From contig NC_057718.1 of assembly GCF_004010195.1 (NCBI RefSeq), positions 81,478,864-81,505,073 of the forward strand: a stretch of 26,210 nucleotides of DNA, in the 5' to 3' direction. Shown piece by piece: positions 11,984-21,857 of this stretch. How positions within the stretch are numbered: position 1 is the first letter of the stretch; each line of letters starts with the position of its first letter. Under the pieces are notes generated by a model. It ran no database searches, was not told the origin of the DNA, and was given only the letters and a program-made list of their open reading frames with translations. The translations under genes and the position numbers were made by a program. The stretch is from Chiloscyllium plagiosum. Lineage: Eukaryota.

Positions 11984-12190
11984 AAAATGTGTTGCTGGAA
12001 AAGCGCAGCAGGTCAGGCAGCATCCAGGGAACAGGAGAATCGACGTTTCGGGCATAAGCCCTTCTTCAGGAAGAAGGGCTTATGCCCGAAACGTCGATTC
12101 TCCTGTTCCCTGGATGCTGCCTGGCTTGCGCTTTTCCAGCAACACATTTTCAGCTCTGATCTCCAGCATCTGCAGACCTCACTTTGTCCT
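11984..12190. mobile_element. Near-perfect palindromic PLE mini-element (family A)
   Basis: Arms ~11981-12067 and 12070-12152 around a 2-nt centre. Perfect 16-bp TSD cattgttttaaagttg at 11968-11983 and 12191-12206. Confidence 0.9.
12038..12073 (-). ncRNA. Minimal type-I hammerhead ribozyme, intact core (family A)
   Basis: Reverse complement: cttc CTGAAGA a gggc ttat gccc GAA acgt c gatt. Stem I is weak. The + strand mirror copy (12070-12100) lacks the CU of the core. Confidence 0.75.
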
Positions 12191-12794
12191 CATTGTTTTA
12201 AAGTTGTTTCCTCCCTTTCACCTGAATTTATAAGATTTCAGGGATTCTATTTATGCCTTCTACAATGAAGTCAGAGGCAAAAAGCAGAATTTTGGCATGA
12301 GCAGAGGTGAGAATGTTGAGAAAATACAGCAAGACTGGGAAAATAAATCAGAATCTTAACATAGAGACAATATTTTCTGATTCTCCCCTTAAGCTTAAAA
12401 TGGTGGGTTCAGAATCAGACTATTCAGAGGCAATGACCCTATCTCCATGTATTTACATCTTATTATTGGTCAATCTTGCTTTAGTTCTATGCAACTATCA
12501 AATGTCCCCTCCTTCCTTGAGAAGTTAGATGATACAAATGCCTGACTTGCAAGGCAGAGCAGGTGGCTGTAGCTCACAGAAACTTGTCCCTGCCATCAGC
12601 CAACAGTGTCTTCAACATAATGTCCCTAAGTGCTCCATGGAAACCATCTCTCTCGACCCTTCATCCACACATATTGACAGCAGCAAACTGCCAGACTCAC
12701 CACATCATTGTGCCTGTTCTTGGACTAACTCTGACACCACTTCAGTACTTCAACACTTCTATGTTTTTACTTGCATGTTTCTCCAAGGTGAAGG

Positions 12795-13738
12795 CACTGT
12801 ATCTGAATATATGGAGCATTTGTAACAAAAAGTATGAATTGTTCTACAGATTGAGGTAAATATACATTACAGAGATGTGGTTAGAGGGTTATTAGGGCTC
12901 AGACCTAAATGTTAATAACTAACAAAAAGCTAGGAAAAGTTGACATAAGTTCACTATTGAACTTAACTTGAAAGATCAAGATGTAAAACCAGTTTTGGCA
13001 GACGTATATAATATTAAGGGTAAGAGATTACTACTTATGCCTCCTATAATGTTCTGCTGTAGGAACATACAGGAAGGAATTAATGTAAGAAATGTACTGC
13101 AATATCGTGGATGACTCTAACCTATATATAATTTGGTAGATTTAAATTGGCAATGGTAGCTGTGGAGTTAATATGCATCTTTGGGACAGTTGCTTAAGCA
13201 GTATGTTTTTTTTGCCAAACAAGGACTAGGCTATCTTCATAATTTGCAATGAAACTGGATTAATCAATAGCCTATGGTAAAGTGTCTCCAGGTAACAGTG
13301 ATCATAAGGTACTCGAATTTCATGTTCAGTTTGAAAGAAAAAAGTGTGCAACAATGACAAGTGCTTTAAACTTTGAGAAAAGTAACTCCAACGGCGTGAA
13401 AGGTGAACTGGGAACAAATTAAAAAGGTAGGTCAATGAGGTTGAAGTGGCAGACCTTTATGGAGATGTTTAATAACTCTCAAAATGATCTATCTCAGTGA
13501 GAAAGAATGGCGCTTTGAGATGGATGCATCCTGAGTGGCTCCCTGTTATAAGAAATTTAAAGATAGCATTATATTTATACTGATTATTAAAATGCACAAA
13601 TATACAAGGAATAGTGGTAAATCAGACTTTAATACCAATGCAGAATGACTAGAAAGATAATAAAGAGGCAGAAAGCAGAGTATGAGGGAAAACAAATTAT
13701 AATATAAGAACAGATGGTAAATATTTCTGCAAGAATTT
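12795..13738 (+). mobile_element. Old CR1 ORF2 5' part (APE endonuclease region)
   Basis: ctgtatctgaat...agcatttgtaacaaa (LYLN..SI.NK), attacagagatgtggtta (ITE.WL), ggtaacagtgatcat (GNSDH). Continues at 16627. Confidence 0.65.
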
Positions 13739-15050
13739 TGTTATGATTACTTTATATTTGTGGACTTGCATTTAAAGGACTGTGGATACCTGGATATTTC
13801 TTTTAAAGAACTCAGTGAAAGGACACGGGAACATTTTTCTTTAAACAAGATGTTTCTTGGTAGTCGTGTATCTTGTGATAACTGCTTATTTACTGATGAT
13901 CCCCTGCCTGAGTTATAGTGGTCAGATTGAAGTTTAGGTTTTGAGTTTTCAATATGGGAAATGTGCTGAAAGAAAGAAGCTGCTCAGTTCATGTTTCCTA
14001 TTTCTGAAACATCATTGTGATGCAGTTGGAGTAAAACCTGATCATTCTCTTGGAGGGCAATGGAAGACATCTTGTTAGTGTATTTCCTGAGCAGGTTGGA
14101 TCTGCCAAGATCCCAGAGACAATGGCCTATGTTTAATGACACCTTTCTACACATACCAAAATAACAGCATCTGAACATTCCACACTTATCCTTTTTTATC
14201 CTTCAAACACTAAGGACAGAAACTTATATGGAACTGAATGACATGGCCTATGATAAATCTGGGAGAAATGCATTAAAAAGTCCAGTGAGGTTACTGTCAA
14301 CGTTAGGAGCAACTGGTCACATTTCCAGCAGTGTTCCAGACATGGAAATGGGTTTTTCACTAGGGAGTGGCGAAATGCCTATCAATGGGCTTATTGTTCA
14401 TTATCACCCTTATTGGCGCTGCATCTCACTACACTACTGTGCAGCTTCTTATTTACCACAGAACAGATAACCTAGATGCTGCAGATTCCTGACATTAATG
14501 TGAGAGTGGATACTTGGCAACGCCAGCTCGCTGCTTTCTCCTCTGGAATGTCATCTTGGAAGCCAATCACCAACAGCTCAGGGCACCAGTCACATGCACA
14601 TTATGCCACATACACTGGCATCTGATGTGTACCAGACTCTTCAATCAAGCATGACACATCTCTGATCCACTTACAGTACACTTCAATGCCGCACTTTGGA
14701 GTACATTGATGCATCTCATTCCAATGCTGCTCCAGGGATGCTTTGTACATAAGGATACCCAGAAGCTGATTGAACCAGTCTACAGTTCACTGCTCACTCA
14801 TTCTCCTCACTTGTGCCTACTTGGATACTCCCGATATCTCTGCCTTGCCGTGCCCTGCCCTGCATTTTATCACAGACACAGAGACAGGCAGTAATTGTTG
14901 GCAGTTACCATTCAAAGGGGTTGATGTTTTGCTGAATGTTACATCTGGTATATGACATCAGTGTTACACCTGCACATGTGTCAGCAGCAGACACACTGTA
15001 CGTGCTTCAAGCAAGTGGCCATGACATTGGATGGTCACAGTGTTCAAGGT

Positions 15051-15233
15051 GGTAAAAACAATGACTGCAGATGCTGGAAACCAGATTCTGGATCAGTGGT
15101 GCTGGAAGAGCACAGCAATTCAGGCAGCATCCGACGAGCAGCAAATTTATTCCTGATGAAGGGCTTTTGCCCGAAACGTCGATTTTGCCACTCGTCGGAT
15201 GCTGCCTGAATTGCTGTGCTCTTCCAGCACCAC
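15051..15233. mobile_element. Fold-back PLE mini-element (family A variant) with a hammerhead in the loop
   Basis: Arms 15094-15145 and 15184-15235. TSD tggtcac(a/g)gtgttca at 15032-15046 and 15234-15248. Confidence 0.9.
15149..15184 (+). ncRNA. Minimal type-I hammerhead ribozyme, intact core (family A)
   Basis: attc CTGATGA a gggc tttt gccc GAA acgt c gatt. Predicted cleavage after C15180 (GUC). Confidence 0.8.
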
Positions 15234-15691
15234 TGGTCACGGTGTTCAGTCATGTCAAGGGAAGCACCCTTCAGGGGCTCACAGCACTACCTCCAGATAC
15301 CAGTCCAAGGACTTGGTGTGGACAGGGTCAGGACCCACTCCTTGTTGGAGTAAAAAACCAAACATTAGGCACCCCACCATCTGTCTTGGCTCTTTCTGCC
15401 CTATTTTTGGCCTTGTTCTCTTGTGCTGAGAGACAGGGAAAGGTTTGAATGAGATGAATTTGGGTATCACAGTACTACTGCTGATGCAGGTGGGGGAAAA
15501 GGTGATTGGGTGTCCCAGGTGAGTGTGCGGGAGATGCAGTAGTCTGTAGGGTTAGTAGTCTGGGCAAATTGTATGGTTGAGAAAAAAAGAACATATCACA
15601 TGCAATAATGAGATTGGCAGAGCATGACTCTTAGTGGGAGGTGGTTACAACAGTACAGAATGCATCAGAGGTAGCAGGTGGTGGCACTTAC

Positions 15692-15906
15692 CTGGCAGAA
15701 CACAGAAGGTCACTGACATCCTTACAGCTCTATTGGTCATTCCTCCAAAAGGTTGAGATTGCATTGACCTGGGTAGCATCCTTGGACCAGGCTGCCATGG
15801 TCTAGTGTCGTAGGCTCTGCTACTTGTCCTGAGGATGGTGGACATCCACCCTCTGAACTACCCTGTCTACCAGGATCTCATCTGCAAAGCAGGTGTCCAA
15901 TTTCCC
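15692..15906 (-). pseudogene. Degenerate Myb/SANT-like (trihelix) exon, probably from a PIF/Harbinger transposon
   Basis: Single frame GKLDTCFADEILVDRVVQRVDVHHPQDK*QSLRH*TMAAWSKDATQVNAISTFWRNDQ*SCKDVSDLLCSAR, followed by donor ag|gtaagt. TIR-like ggtaaaactcagccc at 16221-16235. Confidence 0.5.
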
Positions 15907-17096
15907 ATTACCTGACAAATCCAGGATAAATGTCACAAACTGTGCAGGGACTGTTAGCACATGTCCGGGTGGGAATGGGCCTTTTCAGGATTGTGCTGGC
16001 ACCAGGGATGATCGATTGATTGTGAGATATTTGGAAAGTGGTTAATTTTTCTGGCTACAGTGATTGGGAGAATTGGGCTACATCGGATGGGAAGGACTCT
16101 ATAGGGATGGGCTGGAAGATTAATGAGGCAAGCCGAGGACAATAGGATGAGAAAATTCACTCTGCCTCACCAAGAGAAATCCTTCATGAGACTCAACAAA
16201 AATAGCACTTCATCAAAGTAGGTAAAACTCAGCCCAAAGACTGATTGTCCATAAGTGTTTTTTTCTCCCCTCGAGTGAATGTCTGTTGAGAGAAATCATT
16301 TTTTTTCCTCTTTACTGTGTGTGTGTGTGTGTTTCAGATCACTTAGGGGTTAATATTTATATTTTCATATTACAAATTGTGTTAACTAGTCTTGCACCTT
16401 TATTTAATATATTTTGTTTTATAATAAATTAATCATTTTGTGTTTTTTAAAGGAAACTTGGTTGATGGATCTTTTGTTCTATTTATGGACTCCCTCAAGT
16501 CTAATCCAGAGGAATTGTAAGTTCGGCCATGTTGGGAACTGTGTAAAACAATTGAATTGATGTTGTGACTCATAGAGATGTGGAACTAGAGAGAGACAGT
16601 GCACTGCTCCCATCTGGGTAATAACAAAATGAACAAATCTAATTGAAGTTCGTGTTAATCCTTGGAGTGAGAGTATGGAGAATTGATCATGGAACTCATA
16701 GAATTGGCAGAGGCTGCAAATGGATATTCAGTGTCTGTCATTGCTGTAGAAATGGCACAAGAATCAATGCTGGGGTCTAAATTATTTATAATCCATAACA
16801 ATGTTATGAATAAGGGCATTGAGATAGGTAGAAAAATAAATTGTCAACAGGCAGTAGTAGACCTGCAGAGGGATGTAGACAGGTGAAATGAATGGACAAA
16901 ATCTTGGCAGATCAAGTATAATGTGGGTGAGTATGAACTTATCCATTTTGATAGAAAGAATATTAATGCAGTGAACTATTTAAATGGAGAGAGATTAGCG
17001 GACTCAGTGGTACAGTGAGCCAGGTGTACACGAATCACAAAAACCTAGTTTGCAGCTGTATAGCAAGTGATCAGGGAGGCATGTTGTTCTTTATTG

Positions 17097-17279
17097 TCGA
17101 GTATGGTGCTGGAAACGCACAGCAGCTCAGGCAGCATCCGAGGAGCAGGAGATTCAACATTTCGGGCAAAAGCCCTTCATCAGGAATGACTCATTCTGGA
17201 TGCTGCTTGACCTGCTGTGCCTTTCCAGCACCACAGACTCGATGCTAATCTCCAGCATCTGCAGTCCTCACTTTCGCCT
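17097..17279. mobile_element. Fold-back PLE mini-element (family A)
   Basis: Inverted arms ~17097-17139 and ~17198-17242. TSD atg(t/c)tgttctttattg at 17081-17096 and 17280-17295, inside CR1. Confidence 0.9.
17152..17187 (-). ncRNA. Minimal hammerhead motif (family A), core intact, palindrome CpG-decayed
   Basis: Reverse complement: attc CTGATGA a gggc tttt gccc GAA atgt t gaat. Confidence 0.7.
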
Positions 17280-18169
17280 ATGCTGTTCTTTATTGCAAAG
17301 AGAATGGAATCTACAAGTTTTACTGCAGGTGTACAGGGCATTGATGAAACCAGATTTGGAGAAATGTACAGATTTAAAAAAATATATAATTGCTTTCAAA
17401 ACAGTTCAGAGAACGTTGACTTATTCATGGCATGAAGAGCTTATCTTTGAGGAAAAGTTGAACAGGTTAGGCCAATATCCATTGGAATTTAGAAGAATGA
17501 GAGGTGGTTTTATTGAAATATATAAGGTCTTGAGAGGAGTGGGTAGGGGGATACCTGGAGGATATTTCCTCTTGTGGGGAAATTAAGGTTATGGAATAAA
17601 ATTTAAATATAAGAGGCTCCTTGTAATGGTTGAGTTGAGGAGAGACTTTTCTTTCAGAGTGTCTTTAAGAATTCTGGGGATGGGCTGGCCACAGATATCC
17701 ACCATAAACCCACTGACTCTCACAGTTACCTTGACAATACGTCCTCATCATACATCCATTCTCCCAATTTCTCTGACTCTGTTGCATCTGTTCCGATGAT
17801 GCCAACCTCCACAAGGGGACCACCGAAATGTCCACCTTCTTCCTCAACCGAGGATTCCCCACCACTGTGGTTGACAGGGCTCTCAGCCAGATCTGACTCA
17901 TCTCCCGCACTTCAGCCCCCATCCACTGTCTTCCCTCCCAGCTTCAGGTTGCCTGCCTATTTAACACGCTGCCTTGTTCCCTGGTCAAAACCTCTGTCCA
18001 GTGAAGCCCAGTGTAAGCTGGAAGAACAACATTTCAATTTCCGCTTGGGAACCCTGCAACCTTCTGGACTCAATATCGAGTTCAATAATTTTAAGGCTTG
18101 AGCACCACCTCCTATGTTCTGACCCCAACCCCTCACACCCAGGCCTCACATAGTCTGCCACCACTTACA

Positions 18170-18304
18170 GGCAGAAGTAGGTACTGAGATCAGAGTCAAG
18201 ATTAGAGTGGAATTCCTGATGAAGGGCTTTTGCCTGAAACTTTGATTTTTCTGCTTCTCGGATGCTGCCTGACCTGCTGTGCTTTTCCAGCACCACTCTA
18301 ATCT
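18170..18304 (+). mobile_element. 135-bp PLE mini-element (family A) with hammerhead at 18212-18247
   Basis: attc CTGATGA a gggc tttt gcct GAA actt t gatt. Inverted repeat caagattagagtgg/ccactctaatcttg. TSD tgcca(c/t)cacttaca at 18156-18169 and 18305-18318. Confidence 0.85.
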
Positions 18305-18491
18305 TGCCATCACTTACAACCCATTGTCAATTGCGAGCAATCCCCATTTCCAGCAATTCGCTCTCCCAGGCTAACCTTTACACATTCCTTTGTTTGCCCA
18401 ACTGTTCTTTTGTCTGGGCTCAATCTCCATCTATGGATTACTTCTTACGCCTCCCACCCCATCCCTTCTCTAGCATACATATCAACCTTTT

Positions 18492-18878
18492 TTTCATATT
18501 TTCAATATTTACATATTTTTTATATTTCACCAGTTTCCTCATTTCCCTTCACCCACCTTACCTCAGTTCCAACCTTCCAGCTCAGCACCACCCCCATGAC
18601 CCATCCCATCTGTGCACCTTCCTTCCCATCTATACACTCCACTCTCCGACCTATCACCTTTAGCCCCACTTCCATCCACTATTGCACTCTCAGCTACCCC
18701 CCCAGCCCCACCCCCTCCCATTTATCTCTCCACCACTGAGGCTCCTAGCTTCATTCCTGATGATGGGCTTTTGCCCAAAACGTCGATTTTACTGCTCCTC
18801 AGATGCTGCCTGACCTGTGCTTTTCCAGCACCACTCTCTTGACGCTAAACTCCAACATCTGCAGTACTCACTTCCACC
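18492..18878 (+). mobile_element. 5'-truncated PLE 3' end (family A) with hammerhead at 18753-18788 (G12>A)
   Basis: C-rich UTR similar to 25620-25830, then attc CTGATGA t gggc tttt gccc AAA acgt c gatt. TSD tacatat(c/t)aacctttt at 18476-18491 and 18879-18894. Confidence 0.8.
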
Positions 18879-18905
18879 TACATATTAACCTTTTCCTAGC
18901 TACTA

Positions 18906-18947
18906 AGAGTTCTGAAGAAGGATCACTGGACCGAGAACATTAACTCT
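18906..18947 (+). ncRNA. Degenerate hammerhead motif (family C)
   Basis: agagtt CTGAAGA a ggatc act ggacc GAGA acat t aactct. 6-bp stem I agagtt/aactct. Confidence 0.6.
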
Positions 18948-19934
18948 GTTTTCTCTCCACAGATGCTGCCTGATCTGAGTTTTTCCAACAATTTCTGTCT
19001 TCATTCAACAACTTCTTTAAAAAAATTTTATGCCCACAGGATAAGACTATTGCTTCGGGTGTTTGAAATCAGAACTCCTGATTTCAGGGCTCCCAGATTT
19101 GGGAGTCACATCTGCCTTTGCTGCCTATTATCTAATGACAATCAGATCTGTTGGAAATGGGAGGACATCCTCTTGGTTCAGCTCTTGCTTGTCATTTTGG
19201 AAGGTCGTTATAGTTACCAGAATCTTCAAAAATTCAGGACCAAGTCTAGATCATGTTTTGCATCACACGGTCAAAAAGGAAGAATACCAAGAGCTTGTTG
19301 ACATGATAGCACCAAGCTTGAACTATCCTTACTGTCAAGAATCTGAAGGCTCAGGGCCACTGTATCTGTTGATTCAAGGTTTTAGAATGATTGCTTACCA
19401 GAGTCTGTGTTCAGAATATTTGCAATTTACAGCATATGAAATTGCTGACAGTTATGTGAATATCTAAACCAATACAGGACGTGTATTCACTGTCTTCCTG
19501 GAGAATAATTGTTTGATTGGAAACACAGCTCTCATTAATGACAAATGGTCTGTTCAGAGTTAATGTGTACCAATAAATGAGCCTAAAGATTTGACCTCAC
19601 GTCTCCTGCTAATCCTCATTCATGCCTCCAAATCTAATAATCCTTTAAAAGGAGCAGGGTCTAATGTTGGAAGCAATTTGCAGAAATAATTATATAAATG
19701 TAAAAACAAAAATTAAAGCAAAGTAAACATAGAGATTTAGCACGCTTCGTCATTTTGGAGCTTTCTGCCATGTAAAGGTGTAGGTGTCTTTGTTTAAGGT
19801 AAAGGAAAGCAGTAATTGATGCAGAGCTATCTGTATAATTTTCATGATTTGGAGATGCCGGTGTTGGACTGGGGTGTGCAAAGTTAAAAATCTTACAACA
19901 CCAGGTTATAGTCCAACAGGTTTAATTGGAAGCA

Positions 19935-19969
19935 CACTAGCTTTCGGAGCGACGCTCCTTCATCAGGTG
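19935..19969 (-). ncRNA. Minimal type-I hammerhead ribozyme, intact (family B)
   Basis: Reverse complement: cac CTGATGA a ggagc gtc gctcc GAA agct a gtg. Confidence 0.85.
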
Positions 19970-20524
19970 ATAGTGGAGAGCTCAATCCTAACACACAAAA
20001 TTTATAGCAAAAATTTACAGTGTGATGTAACTGAAATTAAACATTGAAAAATTGATTGTAAAGCCTTTCATCTGTTAGAATACAGTGATAGTTTCACTTC
20101 TTTCATGTGTAAATCACAAAACCTTTTTTTAAAAAAGTTGCATTCTCGGGTTAGCTGTTAACAATGGTGATAGCTGGACAATATGTTGAAGGTGTTAGCC
20201 CCCTGTGTTCTCTGTCTATGCCATGATGTTTAGATTGATTCTAATCTAAAAAGTGAGATAACGAAGTTTTACATGAATTCATGCGTACAAATTCACCCCA
20301 CAAAATATGTGTTCATGTGGGTCATTGTCTGTCTGGGTTGGGGGTTGTGAGTGTGAGAAAGTGTGTGTGTGTGTAGTGAGTGCAGAGTGTCTTAAGTCTG
20401 TGAGAGGGTGTGTGTCTGTAAGGGTGTGTGTGGGTGTCTGTGTGTATGTGTGTCCATGTGTATAGGAGTGTGTGTGTGTGTGTGTGTAGGAGTATCTGTG
20501 TGTGGGTGTATAGTGCAATGGTGG

Positions 20525-21109
20525 TCACCTGTAATGTGACATGAACCCAAGGTCCCGGTTGAGGCCCTCCCTATGGGTACCGAACTTAGCTATCAGCTTC
20601 TGCTCGGCCACTTTTCTCTGGTGCCTGTCCCGAAGTCTGCCTTGGAGGATGGTCACCCGAAGGTCCGAAGCTGAATGTCCTGGACCACTGAAGTGTTACC
20701 CAACTTGGAGGGAACCCTCCTGTCTGTTGATTGTTGTGCGGTGCCCATTCATCCGTTGTTGTAGCCTTTGCTTGGTTCCCCAATGTACCATGCCTCCGGG
20801 CATCCTTGCCTGCAACATATAAGATAGACAACGTTGGCTGAGTCACATGAGTACCTGCCATGTACAAGGTGGGAGGTGTCCCCACCTGTAATGGTGGTAT
20901 CTATGTCCACACTCTGACTCGTCTTTCAGCGTCTACCATGACAGGGTTGTATGGAGTTGTCCTCAGAGCCGGATAGCTTGCTACGAACAACGATCTGTTT
21001 GAGGTTTGGCGGTTGTTTAAAGGCAAGTAGTGGAGGTGTGGGGAAGGTCTTGGTGAGGTGCTCATCCTCATTGATAATGTGTTGCAAGTCACGAAGAACA
21101 TGGCATAAT
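20525..21109 (-). pseudogene. PLE linker and GIY-YIG endonuclease, disrupted
   Basis: LRDLQHII...FPTPPLLAFKQPPNLKQIVVRSKL...PCHGRR*...YSCDSANVVYLICCRQGCPEAWYIGE/(frameshift)...RMNGHR...AEQKLIAKFGTHREGLNRDLGF. Confidence 0.9.
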
Positions 21110-21489
21110 GGATTACATTGTACTTTGCTCAAAAACTGCATGCATTCATGTAGAACTCTGAGCTCAAAAACTGCATGAATTTATGTAAACTTCCGTTATC
21201 TCACTTTTTAGATTAGAATCAATCTAAACATCAGGTCATAGACAGAGAACACAGGGGGCTAACACCTTCAACATCTTGTCTAGCTATCACCATTGTTAAC
21301 AGCTAACCCGAGAATGCAACTCTTTTTTAAAAAAGTTTTGTGATTTACACATGAAAGAAGTGAAACTATCACTGTATTCTAACAGATAAAAGGCTTAACA
21401 GGCAATCAATTTTTCAATGTATAATTTCAGTTACATCACACTGTAAATTTTTGCTATAAGTTCTGTGTTAGGATTGAGCCCTCCACTAT

Positions 21490-21524
21490 CACCTGATGAA
21501 GGAGCGTCGCTCCGAAAGCTAGTG
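21490..21524 (+). ncRNA. Minimal type-I hammerhead ribozyme, intact (family B)
   Basis: cac CTGATGA a ggagc gtc gctcc GAA agct a gtg. Predicted cleavage after A21521 (CUA). Confidence 0.85.
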
Positions 21525-21857
21525 TGCTTCCAATTAAACCTATTGGACTATAACCTGGTGTTGTGTGATTTTTAACTTTGTATAATTTTCCTGTTCTTGT
21601 TTTATAAAGTATTTCCTTTCCTCTGTTTTCCATGCTAGTTTATTGAATCATGTTCAATAGGATCTAAGGACTTCTATAGAAAAACAAAATACTCCATTAA
21701 AGGTCTTCTTGGAAGTCAAGACTTCTGAAGAGAGAAATAGCGGTGATATTAACAAAGCCACAAGCTCGAGGTCAGACTATGGGCTACACTGTATGAAGAC
21801 ATCATCTCCTCTGTATCATGACCCATTATGTGTCTTCCAATAAAAACTGTAATAAAA

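Larger units (their letters stand above)
10330..12290 (-). mobile_element. Old CR1 ORF2 fragment hosting two adjacent PLE insertions
   Basis: Minus strand of 10330-10500 resembles D.SPGPDG.HPR.LK...FQ..LDSGRV. It resumes after 12206 with ttttgcctctgacttcattgtagaag (FAS.F.VE). Confidence 0.55.
13739..16626. mobile_element. Probable solo LTR (TGTTAT...ATAACA) interrupted by further insertions
   Basis: 6-bp inverted TG...CA termini coincide with the break and resumption of the CR1 reading. AATAAA near 16423. No clean TSD. Confidence 0.45.
16627..17660 (+). mobile_element. Continuation of CR1 ORF2 (internally deleted RT and 3' part)
   Basis: ELIMELIELAEAANGYSVSVIAVE, SMLGSKLFII, LLQVYRALMKPDLE, LEFRRMRGGFIEIYKVL. 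Confidence 0.8.
17680..19003 (+). mobile_element. Internally deleted PLE (family C): RT thumb, GIY-YIG C-terminus and 3' terminus, with two nested PLE insertions
   Basis: LATDIHHKPTDSHSYLD, FSQFL*LCCICSDD..EMSTFFLNRGFP, KLEEQHFNFRLGTLQPSGLNIEFNNF (stop 18101). Terminus resumes at 18895. Confidence 0.85.
19844..21578 (-). mobile_element. Young PLE derivative (family B): ~400-bp inverted pseudo-LTRs around linker and GIY-YIG remnant
   Basis: Arms ~19880-20284 and 21173-21578. GT microsatellite at ~20340-20510. Perfect 12-bp TSD tgtataattttc at 19832-19843 and 21579-21590. Confidence 0.92.

Noticed and set aside
11984..12190. Interpretation of the mini-elements as DNA-transposon MITEs
   Set aside because: The arms are asymmetric, TSD length varies (12-16 bp), and the sequence matches the termini flanking GIY-YIG remnants.
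18963..19467. Overlapping 112-aa and 134-aa ORFs in apparently unique sequence
   Set aside because: No recognisable domain or convincing splice structure, and the first ORF starts inside a repeat.
20279..20528. His/Thr-rich ORFs
   Set aside because: Translations of the GT microsatellite in the PLE UTR.
21703..21843. Short open frame that could be a host exon
   Set aside because: Weak acceptor, no recognisable homology, and a length expected by chance.
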